A DNA stretch of 63,796 nt, the filler included, from Klebsormidium nitens (Eukaryota; Plantae; Klebsormidiophyceae), in assembly GCA_000708835.1 (NCBI GenBank). It is 5 parts of 5 records of this genome, joined end to end, with 100 filler letters (N's around TTAATTAATTAA, not from the genome) between each part and the next. Parts side by side here need not be neighbours in the genome. Positions count along the whole stretch, not along the records: positions 1 to 24,433 come from DF237853.1; 4 more parts are not named here. One strand, given 5' to 3'. The notes beneath the pieces are model-generated. The model saw only the letters and a program-made list of their open reading frames with translations, was not told the origin of the DNA and searched no databases. Positions 9,281-18,576 of the stretch are shown here, one piece after another. The number at the start of each line of letters is the position of its first letter. The stretch's first letter is position 1. Both the position numbers and the translations under genes were made by a program.

Positions 9281-9871
9281 TCACGGCCGGCCCGGGGGAG
9301 AACTGGAATAAAAGTTTTGGGAGGGATAGCAAGTAACCTTGTTGGGCAAGTCGAGAAGCACCTGTTTTCCAAGCCGGACGGTTGCGGCAAACACCTCGCG
9401 CAATGTTGGCAGCTGTTCGATACCGTCGGAGCTGCGGCCTCGGCCCTCAGCTGCGGACAGCACTGCCTTTGAACTGAACCAATCTATCTCGGATTTTTCC
9501 TGGTATCGTCTATGGCACTTGATGTAGCGCAGGAACTTGATCGCCTTTGCAAAGCTGGAAGTGTGGTGAGACGCGTATGTGATATATATACAGTACATGA
9601 TGTAGGGGGAGAGGCCCATCGTTTTCGACCGAATTGCAACATGGCAACTGGGATCATGTAGCCGTGCCCCGACTTCATCCAAGTCGAGGATCATACCTGC
9701 AGACTCTTCCAAAAACTCTCGAGAAGCGGTATTCTTGGGTTCATTGCCGTCTTGCTCTTCGGCCCTCCCACCAAAGTCTGAATGTGTACCATCCGATCGG
9801 TCCCTGCCGAGCAGAAAGTAGACTTCACCGTTTTTAATGGTGAAGGGCAGGATTCCCGCGCTGTAGATCAT
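9281..9871 (-). CDS. Nudix hydrolase (NCLDV decapping-like)
   Basis: N-terminal SAGILPF..VYFLLG and Nudix box GGRAEEQDGNEPKNTASREFLEESAG. Confidence 0.88.
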   Translation of the reverse strand: MIYSAGILPFTIKNGEVYFLLGRDRSDGTHSDFGGRAEEQDGNEPKNTASREFLEESAGMILDLDEVGARLHDPSCHVAIRSKTMGLSPYIMYCIYITYASHHTSSFAKAIKFLRYIKCHRRYQEKSEIDWFSSKAVLSAAEGRGRSSDGIEQLPTLREVFAATVRLGKQVLLDLPNKVTCYPSQNFYSSSPPGRP

Positions 9872-9882
9872 GTGCAGTATGT

Positions 9883-10191
9883 TTGTGGCAGGGGTTGATG
9901 ACTCCTCGGGAGTGCATCTTACATAAACCCCAAGTTTTTAAAGTCCACACATCCGACGGGGATTGCCCAATTCAATTTTCTTCCTCCACAAGTAGCAACG
10001 ATCCAATGAAGGCGTTCATGAACCCATTTCTCCTGTATGCCCTGGTCTGCTTGCTACGCATAACTCGAATGAAGTATCAAGAGCGACTGCGGCAAAAGTT
10101 CTACGGCATCGAGGAGGAGGAAGGCGGCTGTCCTGCAGAATCCTCACGGAAATCCTTTTGGGACCAGATCATCCGCGGCAAAAACCACTGA
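9883..10191 (+). CDS. Small hypothetical protein, start uncertain
   Basis: The ORF fills the gap between the Nudix and RNase III genes and has a hydrophobic stretch then a charged tail. No family recognised. Confidence 0.3.
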   Translation: MWQGLMTPRECILHKPQVFKVHTSDGDCPIQFSSSTSSNDPMKAFMNPFLLYALVCLLRITRMKYQERLRQKFYGIEEEEGGCPAESSRKSFWDQIIRGKNH

Positions 10192-10266
10192 CCGACCTTG
10201 TACGCTATTTAGGACACGTCGCGCGTTCGGGGTGGGTAAAAAAATCCTAGCCTTCTTTATACATCT

Positions 10267-11199
10267 ATGATGACCATGGATATGATTGTACTAACCTCCT
10301 CACCCCCCTCCTCGGATGGAGGTGAGAGGGAACTCAGCCCAAAGAAGGACATTTCAGACTTATGCGCCAAAAGAGGCGTGAACAGGCAATCAGTTGAAGC
10401 TTGTCTGAACACGTTCACGCCTCCGGACTCCGAACAGATCCGCATTAGGAGCATGGACCTACACATAGCAGCTCTCTCGCACAAGTCTGTGGCCAAGGAA
10501 TATCAAAGCCGCCATGGAAACAACGAGCGTTTGGAGTTCCTTAGGGACTCCGTTATAAACCTGGTGGTGACGAAGTACTTGTATGATCGGTATCCGGAGA
10601 AGGCAGAGGGCTTCCTCACACGGATACGCACCAAGCTCGTACGAAGCTCGTGCCTGGCCTCCTGGGCCCGCGATATTGGGCTACACGAGCTGATCATGAT
10701 GAGCTCCAAAGCCCTCGTTGAGGGTTGGAACACGAACACGAAAAAGCTCGAGGACGTTTTCGAGGCAATCGTAGGAAGTCTCTTCCTGGACGTGGGCATC
10801 GCTGCATGCAAGCGGCTGCTGTACCCCATGCTGGACAGGGTCGACTACCTGGACGTCGAGGAGGACACTAACTGGAAGGACCTCTTACTTCGGAAGATGC
10901 AGGCCGTGCATTCGTACATGGTCACCAACCAGCTGAACATGAGTCAGTATGGCACGGAGACGCTTCCTGCGTATGTGCTGATAGGGACGCGCGGGTCTCA
11001 GCACTCGAAGATGTTTGCCATAACCGTCACCGTGGCTGGCGCCCCCGTCGGGCAAGGCGAACATACTCGCAAGAAAGAGGCAGAACAGTTGGCTGCTAAG
11101 ATGGCACTAGACACCATAGCAGCTTACGGACTACCTAACATCCCTAGCAGGCTCGGTTACAGCGTGACCGTTCCCACTGGAATAGTGCAGCCCACCTAA
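10267..11199 (+). CDS. Ribonuclease III with dsRBD; signature Gly replaced by Arg
   Basis: NNERLEFLRDS (consensus ERLEFLGD; AGG at 10543-10545), KLEDVFEAIVG and dsRBD end GQGEHTRKKEAEQLAAKMAL. Confidence 0.92.
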   Translation: MMTMDMIVLTSSPPSSDGGERELSPKKDISDLCAKRGVNRQSVEACLNTFTPPDSEQIRIRSMDLHIAALSHKSVAKEYQSRHGNNERLEFLRDSVINLVVTKYLYDRYPEKAEGFLTRIRTKLVRSSCLASWARDIGLHELIMMSSKALVEGWNTNTKKLEDVFEAIVGSLFLDVGIAACKRLLYPMLDRVDYLDVEEDTNWKDLLLRKMQAVHSYMVTNQLNMSQYGTETLPAYVLIGTRGSQHSKMFAITVTVAGAPVGQGEHTRKKEAEQLAAKMALDTIAAYGLPNIPSRLGYSVTVPTGIVQPT

Positions 11200-11603
11200 G
11201 AGACGACACGTTGCGTAATGATTTGGAAAGAAGGAGTCACGGTCTTGGAGCTCCCATTGGGGCTGAATGATGGTTTCTTGTTGTACTTCTTCACTAGCGC
11301 ATCATATGTGCACGCACATTCGCCTCGCTTAGCGCTCTTCTCGGACAGGGTGATCCTGGCAGAAGTGACCTGCTTGTCCTCTTTGAAGAGCTTCGTCATA
11401 ATCTTCTTCACGACCACGCTCGGCTGTGGGCCTTTTACTTTCTTTATGTCTTTTCCTAGCGTGCTGACCACGTCGGTTCCGTCGGAAGAAACGATGCTGA
11501 CGACTTCGAACGACCGCTGAGGATGCGAAGGCTGGGCCTCCGAGGACGAGTCAACAGCTGCAGGTTGCTCTGCGGCAGAGGGGGCGTCAGATTTCTTAAC
11601 CAT
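11196..11603 (-). CDS. Putative MC1-like DNA-architectural protein
   Basis: RSFEV..GPQPSVVVKKIMTKL..ITLSE..TYDALVKKY.KKP..VTPSFQIITQR follows the spacing of viral MC1-domain proteins; basic and small. Confidence 0.5.
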   Translation of the reverse strand: MVKKSDAPSAAEQPAAVDSSSEAQPSHPQRSFEVVSIVSSDGTDVVSTLGKDIKKVKGPQPSVVVKKIMTKLFKEDKQVTSARITLSEKSAKRGECACTYDALVKKYNKKPSFSPNGSSKTVTPSFQIITQRVVS

Positions 11604-11894
11604 AATACCTTGTAAAGAATATAGGAATATTTAGAGTGTTTCCAGACGCATGCTATGGATAGAATCAAGCGAATACTAAGCCGACCCATGCACGGATTGA
11701 GTTCGATCCGGAAACGACCCAAACCCCAACCTCGTCAGGATCCTGTATCTGGGCGTTTCCGGCACCTGCTCGCTGGTTTGGAAAAGTCTCCATATAAGGA
11801 GGCCTCTAGCAGAGATCTGGACAGACATTCTTTTTGCGAGCTCCAGCGCGTTTTCACCACACAAGTTTCCAGCCTCCAGATCACTGAATCCACC

Positions 11895-14574
11895 ATGTAC
11901 GTAGTGAAGAGAAGCGGGAAGCAGGAGGCTGTGAGCTTTGATAAGATAGGCCGCAGGCTGAACCAGCTCAGCTACTCGGTGTTTGAACCGTATGGTGCAC
12001 TGTGTGCTGAGTTTAGCCACTATGTCATCGACGATGACCTGTTGGTGAACGGAGGCCCCTTGAAAGCAATAGATCCAATCAGGCTCACCCAGAAGGTGTG
12101 TGCGGCTGTACACGATGGAATTACCACCACCGAGCTTGACACCCTGGCTGCGGAGCACAGCGCGCACATGCAGACTCTGCACCCCGAGTATGCTGTACTC
12201 GCGTCAAGGATTGAGGTCAGCAACGTGCACAAGGTGACGCCAGATACTCTGCGGGAGGCAGTGAAGAAGCTGGAGTTCAGACTCAACCCCGTTTTCTCCA
12301 ACCTACTGCTGACTGACGACGATCTGGCCCGCACCCTCGAAGACGCCATCGACTATCGGAAGGACTACGCCTATGACTACTTTGGCATCAAGACCATGCA
12401 GAAGCTGTACCTTCTCAAGGACGAGGAAGGGAAGCTGGTGGAGAGACCTCAGCACCTGCTCATGCGGGTAGCTGTGTGGGTGCACCTGGACTTGGTCGAG
12501 AAGACAGTCAACGTACCGGCCGTCATCGAGACCTACCGCCTCATGTCTGAGCGGTTTTACACCCACGCCACCCCCACTCTCTTCAACGCCGGCACCAAAA
12601 TCCCCCAGATGTCCTCGTGTTTTCTCGTGGGGACCTTGGGCATCCGCGAGCAGGACTCGATCGTGGGGATGTACGATGCGGTGAAAGAGATTGCATACAT
12701 CTCCAAGCTGGCTGGGGGCATCGGCATGCACGTACACGAGGTGAGGGCCCGTGGTGCACACATCCACGGAACGAATGGCAAGTCCAGTGGACTCGTGCCC
12801 TACCTGCGAGTACTCAACAACGTCAGCCGGCACGTGGACCAGGCGGGGGTGCGGAAGGGGGCCATAGCCATCTACCTGGAGCCATGGCACGCCGACGTGG
12901 AGGCCTTCCTGGAACTGAGGAAGAACACTGGCGTGGAGGAGGAGAACACCAGGGACCTGTTCACGGCGCTATGGGTGCCAGACCTCTTCTTCCAGCGGGT
13001 GGTCGATGACGAGGACTGGAGCCTGTTCTACCCAAGCGAGGCGCCGGGGCTCAGCGACCTGTACGGGGACGACTTCAAGGAGTTGTACGAGAGGTACGAG
13101 ACCTACGGCATCGCTCGGAAGGTGGTGAAGGCCAGGAGCCTGTGGGAGAAGGCCCTGCGTTCGCTGATCGAGACCGGGACCCCGTACATCAGTGCCAAGG
13201 ACGCGCTGAACAAGAAGTCCAACCAGAAGAACCTCGGGACCATCAAGAGCTCCAACCTCTGCAACGAGATCACTCTCTTCAGCGACCCCAAAGAGACAGC
13301 CGTGTGCACCTTGGCGTCGGTGGCCCTCAGCAAGTTTGTGAAGTATGGGCAGCTGGGGATCTACTTCGATTTCGCCGAGCTGCACGCGGTGGTCAAGACG
13401 GTGGCCAGGAACCTGGATCGGGTCATAGACCAGTCCATGTACCCCGACGTTCCAAACGGAGAGCCCAAGTGCGAGCGGAGCAACAAGGCGCACCGACCCC
13501 TAGGTATCGGAGTGCAGGGCTTTGCCGACACCCTCTATGCTCTCCGGCTACCCTTTGACTCCGAGGGGGCCCGGGAGATCAACATCAAGATCTTCGAGAC
13601 CATGTACCACGCCGCTGTGGAGTCCAGCTGCGAGATGGCCCTGGAGCTGGGCAAATATTCCTCGTTCGAGGGATCCCCCGCCAGCGAGGGGCTCCTCCAG
13701 TTCGACCTGTGGGATGTCAAGCCCAGCAAGGTACCCAGCGTGCACCCGGCATGCAAGGACGCCCGGATCTTCGACTGGGACGCGCTGAAGGAGGAGGTCA
13801 AGAAGCACGGCCTCCGCAACTCGACGCTCATCGCCCTCATGCCAACCGCGAGCACAAGTCAGCTTCTGCAGAACTCGGAGTCGTTTGAGGTCCCCACCGG
13901 CATGCTCTACAGCCGTAAGACATTAGCCGGAGAGCACGTGGTAAGTCATTTGCAACTTCAACTCTCGTCCACGACAGCACACATTCATGCTAATGGTGTT
14001 TCTTTTATCTTTCTGATGCACAACCCTCCAGATGCTGACCCCAGTAACTTCTTTCGTGCAGATCCTCAATCGGTGGTTGGTCCGGGACCTCGTGCGGAGG
14101 GGCATGTGGTCCGTCCTGGTGAAGGATTCCATCCTGGCGAGTGGCGGGTCCGTTCAGAACATCGAGGCTCTGGACGAGGAGACAAAGCAGCTGTACAAGA
14201 CCACGTGGGAGATCAAGCAGAAGCCTTACATCGACCTTGCGGCAGACCGTGGCCCTTACGTCTGCCAGAGCGCCTCGCTCAACCTCTACCAGCGCGAACC
14301 CACCCTCACGCAGCTCAACTCCATGCTCATCCACGCCTGGCGCCGAGGGCTGAAGACACTTGTATACTATCTCAGGACCCGGTCTGCCAGCAACGCCACC
14401 CAGTTCACAGTAGACAGGCACGCTCTGGACCATGCTTTGAATCAGCAGGCAAGGCTGGAGGACGCAAAGGACACGGTATCTTTGGCAGAAACAGATTCTG
14501 AGGACGAGAATGAGGTGGTAGCTTTGCCGGCCTGTAGTGCAGACAACTCTGATTGCCTAGCGTGCTCTTCTTAG
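11895..14574 (+). CDS. RNR1: Class Ia ribonucleotide reductase large subunit, two exons (11895-13940, 14062-14574), about 852 aa
   Basis: ATP cone MYVVKRSGKQEAVSFDKI, THATPTLFNAG, SSCF, SNLCNEI, VCTLAS, MPTASTSQ, YYLR and C-terminal CLACSS. Splicing restores LAGEHV|ILNRWLVRDL. Confidence 0.95.
13941..14061 (+). other. Spliceosomal (GT-AG) intron, 121 nt, phase 0, in the viral RNR gene
   Basis: Donor GTAAGT at 13941, CTGAC branch-like motif near 14035, pyrimidine tract and CAG acceptor ending at 14061. Removal fixes the frame change between ORFs 11655..14501 and 14032..14574. Confidence 0.92.
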
Positions 14575-14586
14575 GAGATATACACA

Positions 14587-14976
14587 TTAAACACCGAATC
14601 TCGAATAGGGTAGGGCTTGGGCCACCTCCGCGCACTTCCAGTTTTGCGTGAAGTGCCCCCATGTACCGGTCTGCAGAAGATAGACTCGGCTCGAGTCTGA
14701 AGCACAATTGACCGTCGCGTATGCCTGTAGTAGCAACTGATTCCGATCGAACATCATTCCAACAAGTTGACTTCCTGGCTTCCTCAAATGCACCAACCTG
14801 TCCAGTGTTTTCTGAGAAAGCTGCTCATATGGCCCGCTGTAAGGTATAATACAGACACATAGCAAGAGTTGTGAAGCCGCTCCAACAATCAGGTCGTCTT
14901 CTGCATATTCGTTGATCTTAGCCTGTAAAAGACTGATGGCGTTTCTTCTACGCTCCTTCTCCTCATCATATAACAT
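14587..14976 (-). CDS. Hypothetical protein
   Basis: 129-aa ORF tiling the space after RNR. No family recognised. Confidence 0.5.
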   Translation of the reverse strand: MLYDEEKERRRNAISLLQAKINEYAEDDLIVGAASQLLLCVCIIPYSGPYEQLSQKTLDRLVHLRKPGSQLVGMMFDRNQLLLQAYATVNCASDSSRVYLLQTGTWGHFTQNWKCAEVAQALPYSRFGV

Positions 14977-14993
14977 TAGTACATGGTCTCTGC

Positions 14994-15608
14994 TTATTCT
15001 ACTCTTATTCTACTTCTAGCTGACCAGTGAGACGACAAACCCACATCCCGCATTTGTTCAACAATAGTGCACATTGTTGTCATTTTGTGTTTCAAATTGT
15101 CGCCAATAGAAAGAAGCAGGTCGCTAGCTTGTTGTTCGATGGGAGGTTGAGACAAACAACAAACGAGCAGGCCCACCAGTTGATCGATATATGGGGTTAT
15201 GTCGACGTTGCTCAGACACTTGGCCAACGTTGTGAGCATCCCAGACGAGACCAAACGAGTTTCGAGGTGGGCAAGTGCAATGATGAACGGCTTGATTGTT
15301 TCTCCCTTGACAGAATTCTCGTTCAACGACAACAATACCGCGGTGGCTTGACTGGAGTTCTCCGCCAAGTACTTCAAAGCCAGCAGCGGTTCTTTACCAA
15401 CAGGGATGCTATTACATAGTCGTAACACCCTGCGTACTACCTGCAGAGAATTTCGTCCTTGACGAGTGGGTACGTCGTTCTGATCAAAATCTGCATTGCG
15501 CTTAATCCTTGAGATATACCCTATGGTTGCTTGCAATATTCCTCTGGAACTAGCTACCTCGACCCGGGCTTTAAGACACCAAAGCGGCCAGCGTAGTGGC
15601 ATGCACAT
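14994..15608 (-). CDS. Hypothetical alpha-helical protein
   Basis: 204-aa Leu-rich amphipathic ORF. Start uncertain; no family recognised. Confidence 0.5.
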   Translation of the reverse strand: MCMPLRWPLWCLKARVEVASSRGILQATIGYISRIKRNADFDQNDVPTRQGRNSLQVVRRVLRLCNSIPVGKEPLLALKYLAENSSQATAVLLSLNENSVKGETIKPFIIALAHLETRLVSSGMLTTLAKCLSNVDITPYIDQLVGLLVCCLSQPPIEQQASDLLLSIGDNLKHKMTTMCTIVEQMRDVGLSSHWSARSRIRVE

Positions 15609-15704
15609 AATAATAATTATGCTTCACGAATAACTGGCTGATCTCCGGACGCACTCTTACGCAACAACTCCTTGTGGCCGCTTCGTGTCACCAAGTATCT
15701 GGTA

Positions 15705-16391
15705 TCAGTCCTCGGCAGACACGAGCAGCATCACGGGCTCTGTCGTCGTGTCAGGAAACACTTTTTCAATGATCAGGTTGCCAACCTCGTCAATGGCAAA
15801 GCGGAACGCTCGCTTGACAGAGCTAACCACCCGTGAGACCACAAGGTCCCCCCCTTGCACCTCCCAGTACGGTACTGGGCTAGAGGCCGTCGAGATGTTC
15901 CAGCACACGCTCAGAGCTTTAGGGTCGTTTGGGTATTCCGCCCCCCTCAATAAAAGACCCCCACCATCCATTGTGACATTCGAATAACTGTCACTATATG
16001 GGGGTAGGGAAGGCCCGAGTGTGACTGCGGCGCCATCATTCAAGATCAGCGTATTGTTGTAGTTGACGGAGGAATCAGCATACGAAAGAGATCCCGTAAT
16101 CTCGATGTCACCGTTTAGCACAATCTTCCCAGCCGCACCCGCACGAATTACGAGGTCCGTGGAATACTCGCTCTGAATGAAATCCGCAGCCAGCCACGAG
16201 GAAGCCGTGGGATTTATGAGACCTCCTGTGATCAGATTGCGCTCGACGACCAAGTCGCTGGCAACGACGACCTGCTTGCCGGCAGGTGCAGCTAATGTCA
16301 GGTCGGCGCTGGAGCCATCGGGCAGGGACGCAGACGACAAGAAGTTGCCCAGGAAATTCTGGGCCCTGATCGTACCGACTGGAAATGACAT
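15705..16391 (-). CDS. Hypothetical beta-rich protein, possibly virion/fibre-associated
   Basis: Gly/Ser/Val-rich strands (GKIVLNGDIEITGSL) like those in the large fibre gene. ATG at 16391 is preferred over 16460. Confidence 0.55.
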   Translation of the reverse strand: MSFPVGTIRAQNFLGNFLSSASLPDGSSADLTLAAPAGKQVVVASDLVVERNLITGGLINPTASSWLAADFIQSEYSTDLVIRAGAAGKIVLNGDIEITGSLSYADSSVNYNNTLILNDGAAVTLGPSLPPYSDSYSNVTMDGGGLLLRGAEYPNDPKALSVCWNISTASSPVPYWEVQGGDLVVSRVVSSVKRAFRFAIDEVGNLIIEKVFPDTTTEPVMLLVSAED

Positions 16392-16592
16392 GGTTACAGT
16401 AGACGACGATTTAAAGATGATGAGCATGCCATTGGGCGCTGCACTTCTTGGAATTCCCAAACGGGTTCCTCAGGATGTGGTTATGCTGCCAACACATCGG
16501 CAGCTCCATGCAGCTCCTCCTCGAACATGCATTATGAGACGCGGCGCTGACCACTGCACATGTACCATCCGTGTCCGGTGTAAGTTTCGAAG

Positions 16593-17490
16593 CTACGGTT
16601 GCTGACGGAAGTTCTCGATTTGCTTGATGAAACTGATGAAGCGCATCATCATACTGCGTCTCTGGGGTCCGTTTACATACGTTTCTATAAGCAGGTCGGC
16701 CACCAACTTGGGGTTCGATATACCGAAGCGCATGCACAATAACGAAACGATGCAAACCAATATTCCACAAACGCCTCGAGGATCGATATCGTCTTGTTGG
16801 AAACGGCGCTGTATTGACTGATTCCAGTGGACCCACTCTAGGTCCTGCGTCACCGCACGGAATCCTGGAAGCAAGGCTGTAGGTCGGGGATTCTGGGAGA
16901 GAGCCGCTGTCCAATTCCCCATCCATCTATCCAAACCGGTGTCTGGGTCAAAAATCTGTAAGTCTTCGTCTTGAAATCAAAAACGATGGCACATGCGTGA
17001 CCTGCCCGGTTGGGGTCATTGGTTTCCCCTCGGACGAAGCTCAATATGATCATGAGGATAGCAATCCGCAGCTTCTGTTCGTTTGAGCACACCGTGAGTC
17101 TATTTTTCACGGCCTCAGATAGCTTCAACTTTCGCACGGCCTCATTTAAGTCGTCCTGAGCGGGATGCGTCGGAAGTACTGATCGGGGCACAAGAGGGCA
17201 GAGCAGTCCCAAGTGTTGTCGACCACGTAGTTCTTTCCCATGTGGCCGAATGTCCTTGGGTCTTCTCCGAGGGCGACGGGCCCGTCGCTATGTTTGATGA
17301 TCTTCCAGGTATCGGGGCTCACATAGCAGCGGCCCAGTGCCCTCCAATCGAAACGTACCCTGTAGTAGGCCTCCAGCATGTCGATGCCCTCCATTGTTCG
17401 CATCGAGTAAAACACACTGAGGGGCTCCGTTGCGAGGGTAGTCTCATACTCGAACCGCACATTTGGGAGGGACACTTTGGAGACATCCAT
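16593..17490 (-). pseudogene. Frameshifted gene, possible cysteine-peptidase-like fold
   Basis: Three overlapping ORFs in successive frames (17146..17628, 16850..17212, 16593..16934) read as one protein with GHACAIVFD and Q....D..GVCG, suggestive of His/Asp and Gln/Cys sites. Confidence 0.35.
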
Positions 17491-17581
17491 TTTAAGGTAA
17501 TATGCCCCCGAGCTCTGCCTAAATGGGCGCTGTGTTTGAAACGGGTGCAAAAAATATCCGTCATTAGTATCGACCCTGGAA

Positions 17582-18430
17582 ATGGCGGGTTCGTACGAGC
17601 ATGTCTGCCTTTCCGCAGGGGGGCTCAAGTTTCACCTCCATCTCGGCGCTTTGCAATACCTGGAGGATGCGGGAATAACACCAGCTGCCTATGCAGGAAG
17701 CAGCTGCGGAGCCGCCGTCGCTGCCCTCATGGTTGCTGGATACCGCCCCCGGCAGGTCCATGATATATGCAAGAGGCACCCACTCTCCATGTTCAAGTTG
17801 TCCAGACCGGTGAGGTGGGGCGTGTGCAAGCCCGCTGGTCGGGACGAAGTACGCGGCTTGCTCAGGATGCGGAGCGGTGGGCACAATAACAGAGACCCTA
17901 CGTTCCAACAGCTGGCCGATGAAACCGGGAAACGACTCTACCTGACGGCAACCAGGGTCCGCGATGGCGAACTCGTGATTTTCGGTGCCGATGAGAGCAC
18001 CATGGATGTCCCTGTGCACCGAGCAGTTACTGCCAGCTGCAGCATACCCTTCATGAATCCGGCCACTGAGATAGATGGGGATCTCTATGTAGACGGAGCT
18101 CTGAGCTCGTACCTGCCCATGCGCGCTTTTGAGAGCGTAGATGACAAGCGCACCGTAATCGGCCTCATGATCGCCGACTCCGCGAAGAGACTCACTAAAG
18201 CAGAAACTTTCGAAGAGTACTCGGGTTCCCTCGCTGACATGATCCTCCGGAAATTGTGCTCGGAAGAGAGCACATGGAGCGGGGATAGAACGGTTGCATT
18301 TGGGAAGAACAAACTAGCAGACATTGGTTTGTTTGCGAGCCCAAACGAGGTCCAAGCGGACAGTATGTTCGAGGATGGTCTCTCCTGCATGCAGGATTTC
18401 ATGAAAAATGAAATAACAGGAGCCAACTAA
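17582..18430 (+). CDS. Patatin-like phospholipase
   Basis: Gly-rich LSAGGLK..LGAL, nucleophile GSSCG and YVDGAL catalytic Asp. ORF intact. Confidence 0.92.
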   Translation: MAGSYEHVCLSAGGLKFHLHLGALQYLEDAGITPAAYAGSSCGAAVAALMVAGYRPRQVHDICKRHPLSMFKLSRPVRWGVCKPAGRDEVRGLLRMRSGGHNNRDPTFQQLADETGKRLYLTATRVRDGELVIFGADESTMDVPVHRAVTASCSIPFMNPATEIDGDLYVDGALSSYLPMRAFESVDDKRTVIGLMIADSAKRLTKAETFEEYSGSLADMILRKLCSEESTWSGDRTVAFGKNKLADIGLFASPNEVQADSMFEDGLSCMQDFMKNEITGAN

Positions 18431-18470
18431 ATTGAGCGCATCTTCGAGCATAGAACGAACAGAGTATTCC

Positions 18471-18505
18471 ACCACTCATATGGGGTTTGACTCTATATGA
18501 GTGGT
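18471..18505. terminator. Palindromic hairpin between convergent genes
   Basis: ACCACTCATAT (18471-18481) and ATATGAGTGGT (18495-18505) are perfect reverse complements. The stem extends to 15 bp with two G-T pairs around a 5-nt loop. Confidence 0.55.
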
Positions 18506-18576
18506 TTGTAGAAAACTAAGTTAAAACTTGCAAACGGTGATTCTAGTAACAAATTCTATCATCTGCTCTTGCCACT

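Noticed and set aside
11655-14501. 948-aa RNR ORF as listed
   Set aside because: It reads through the 121-nt intron into the wrong frame. The conserved C-terminus is in ORF 14032..14574.
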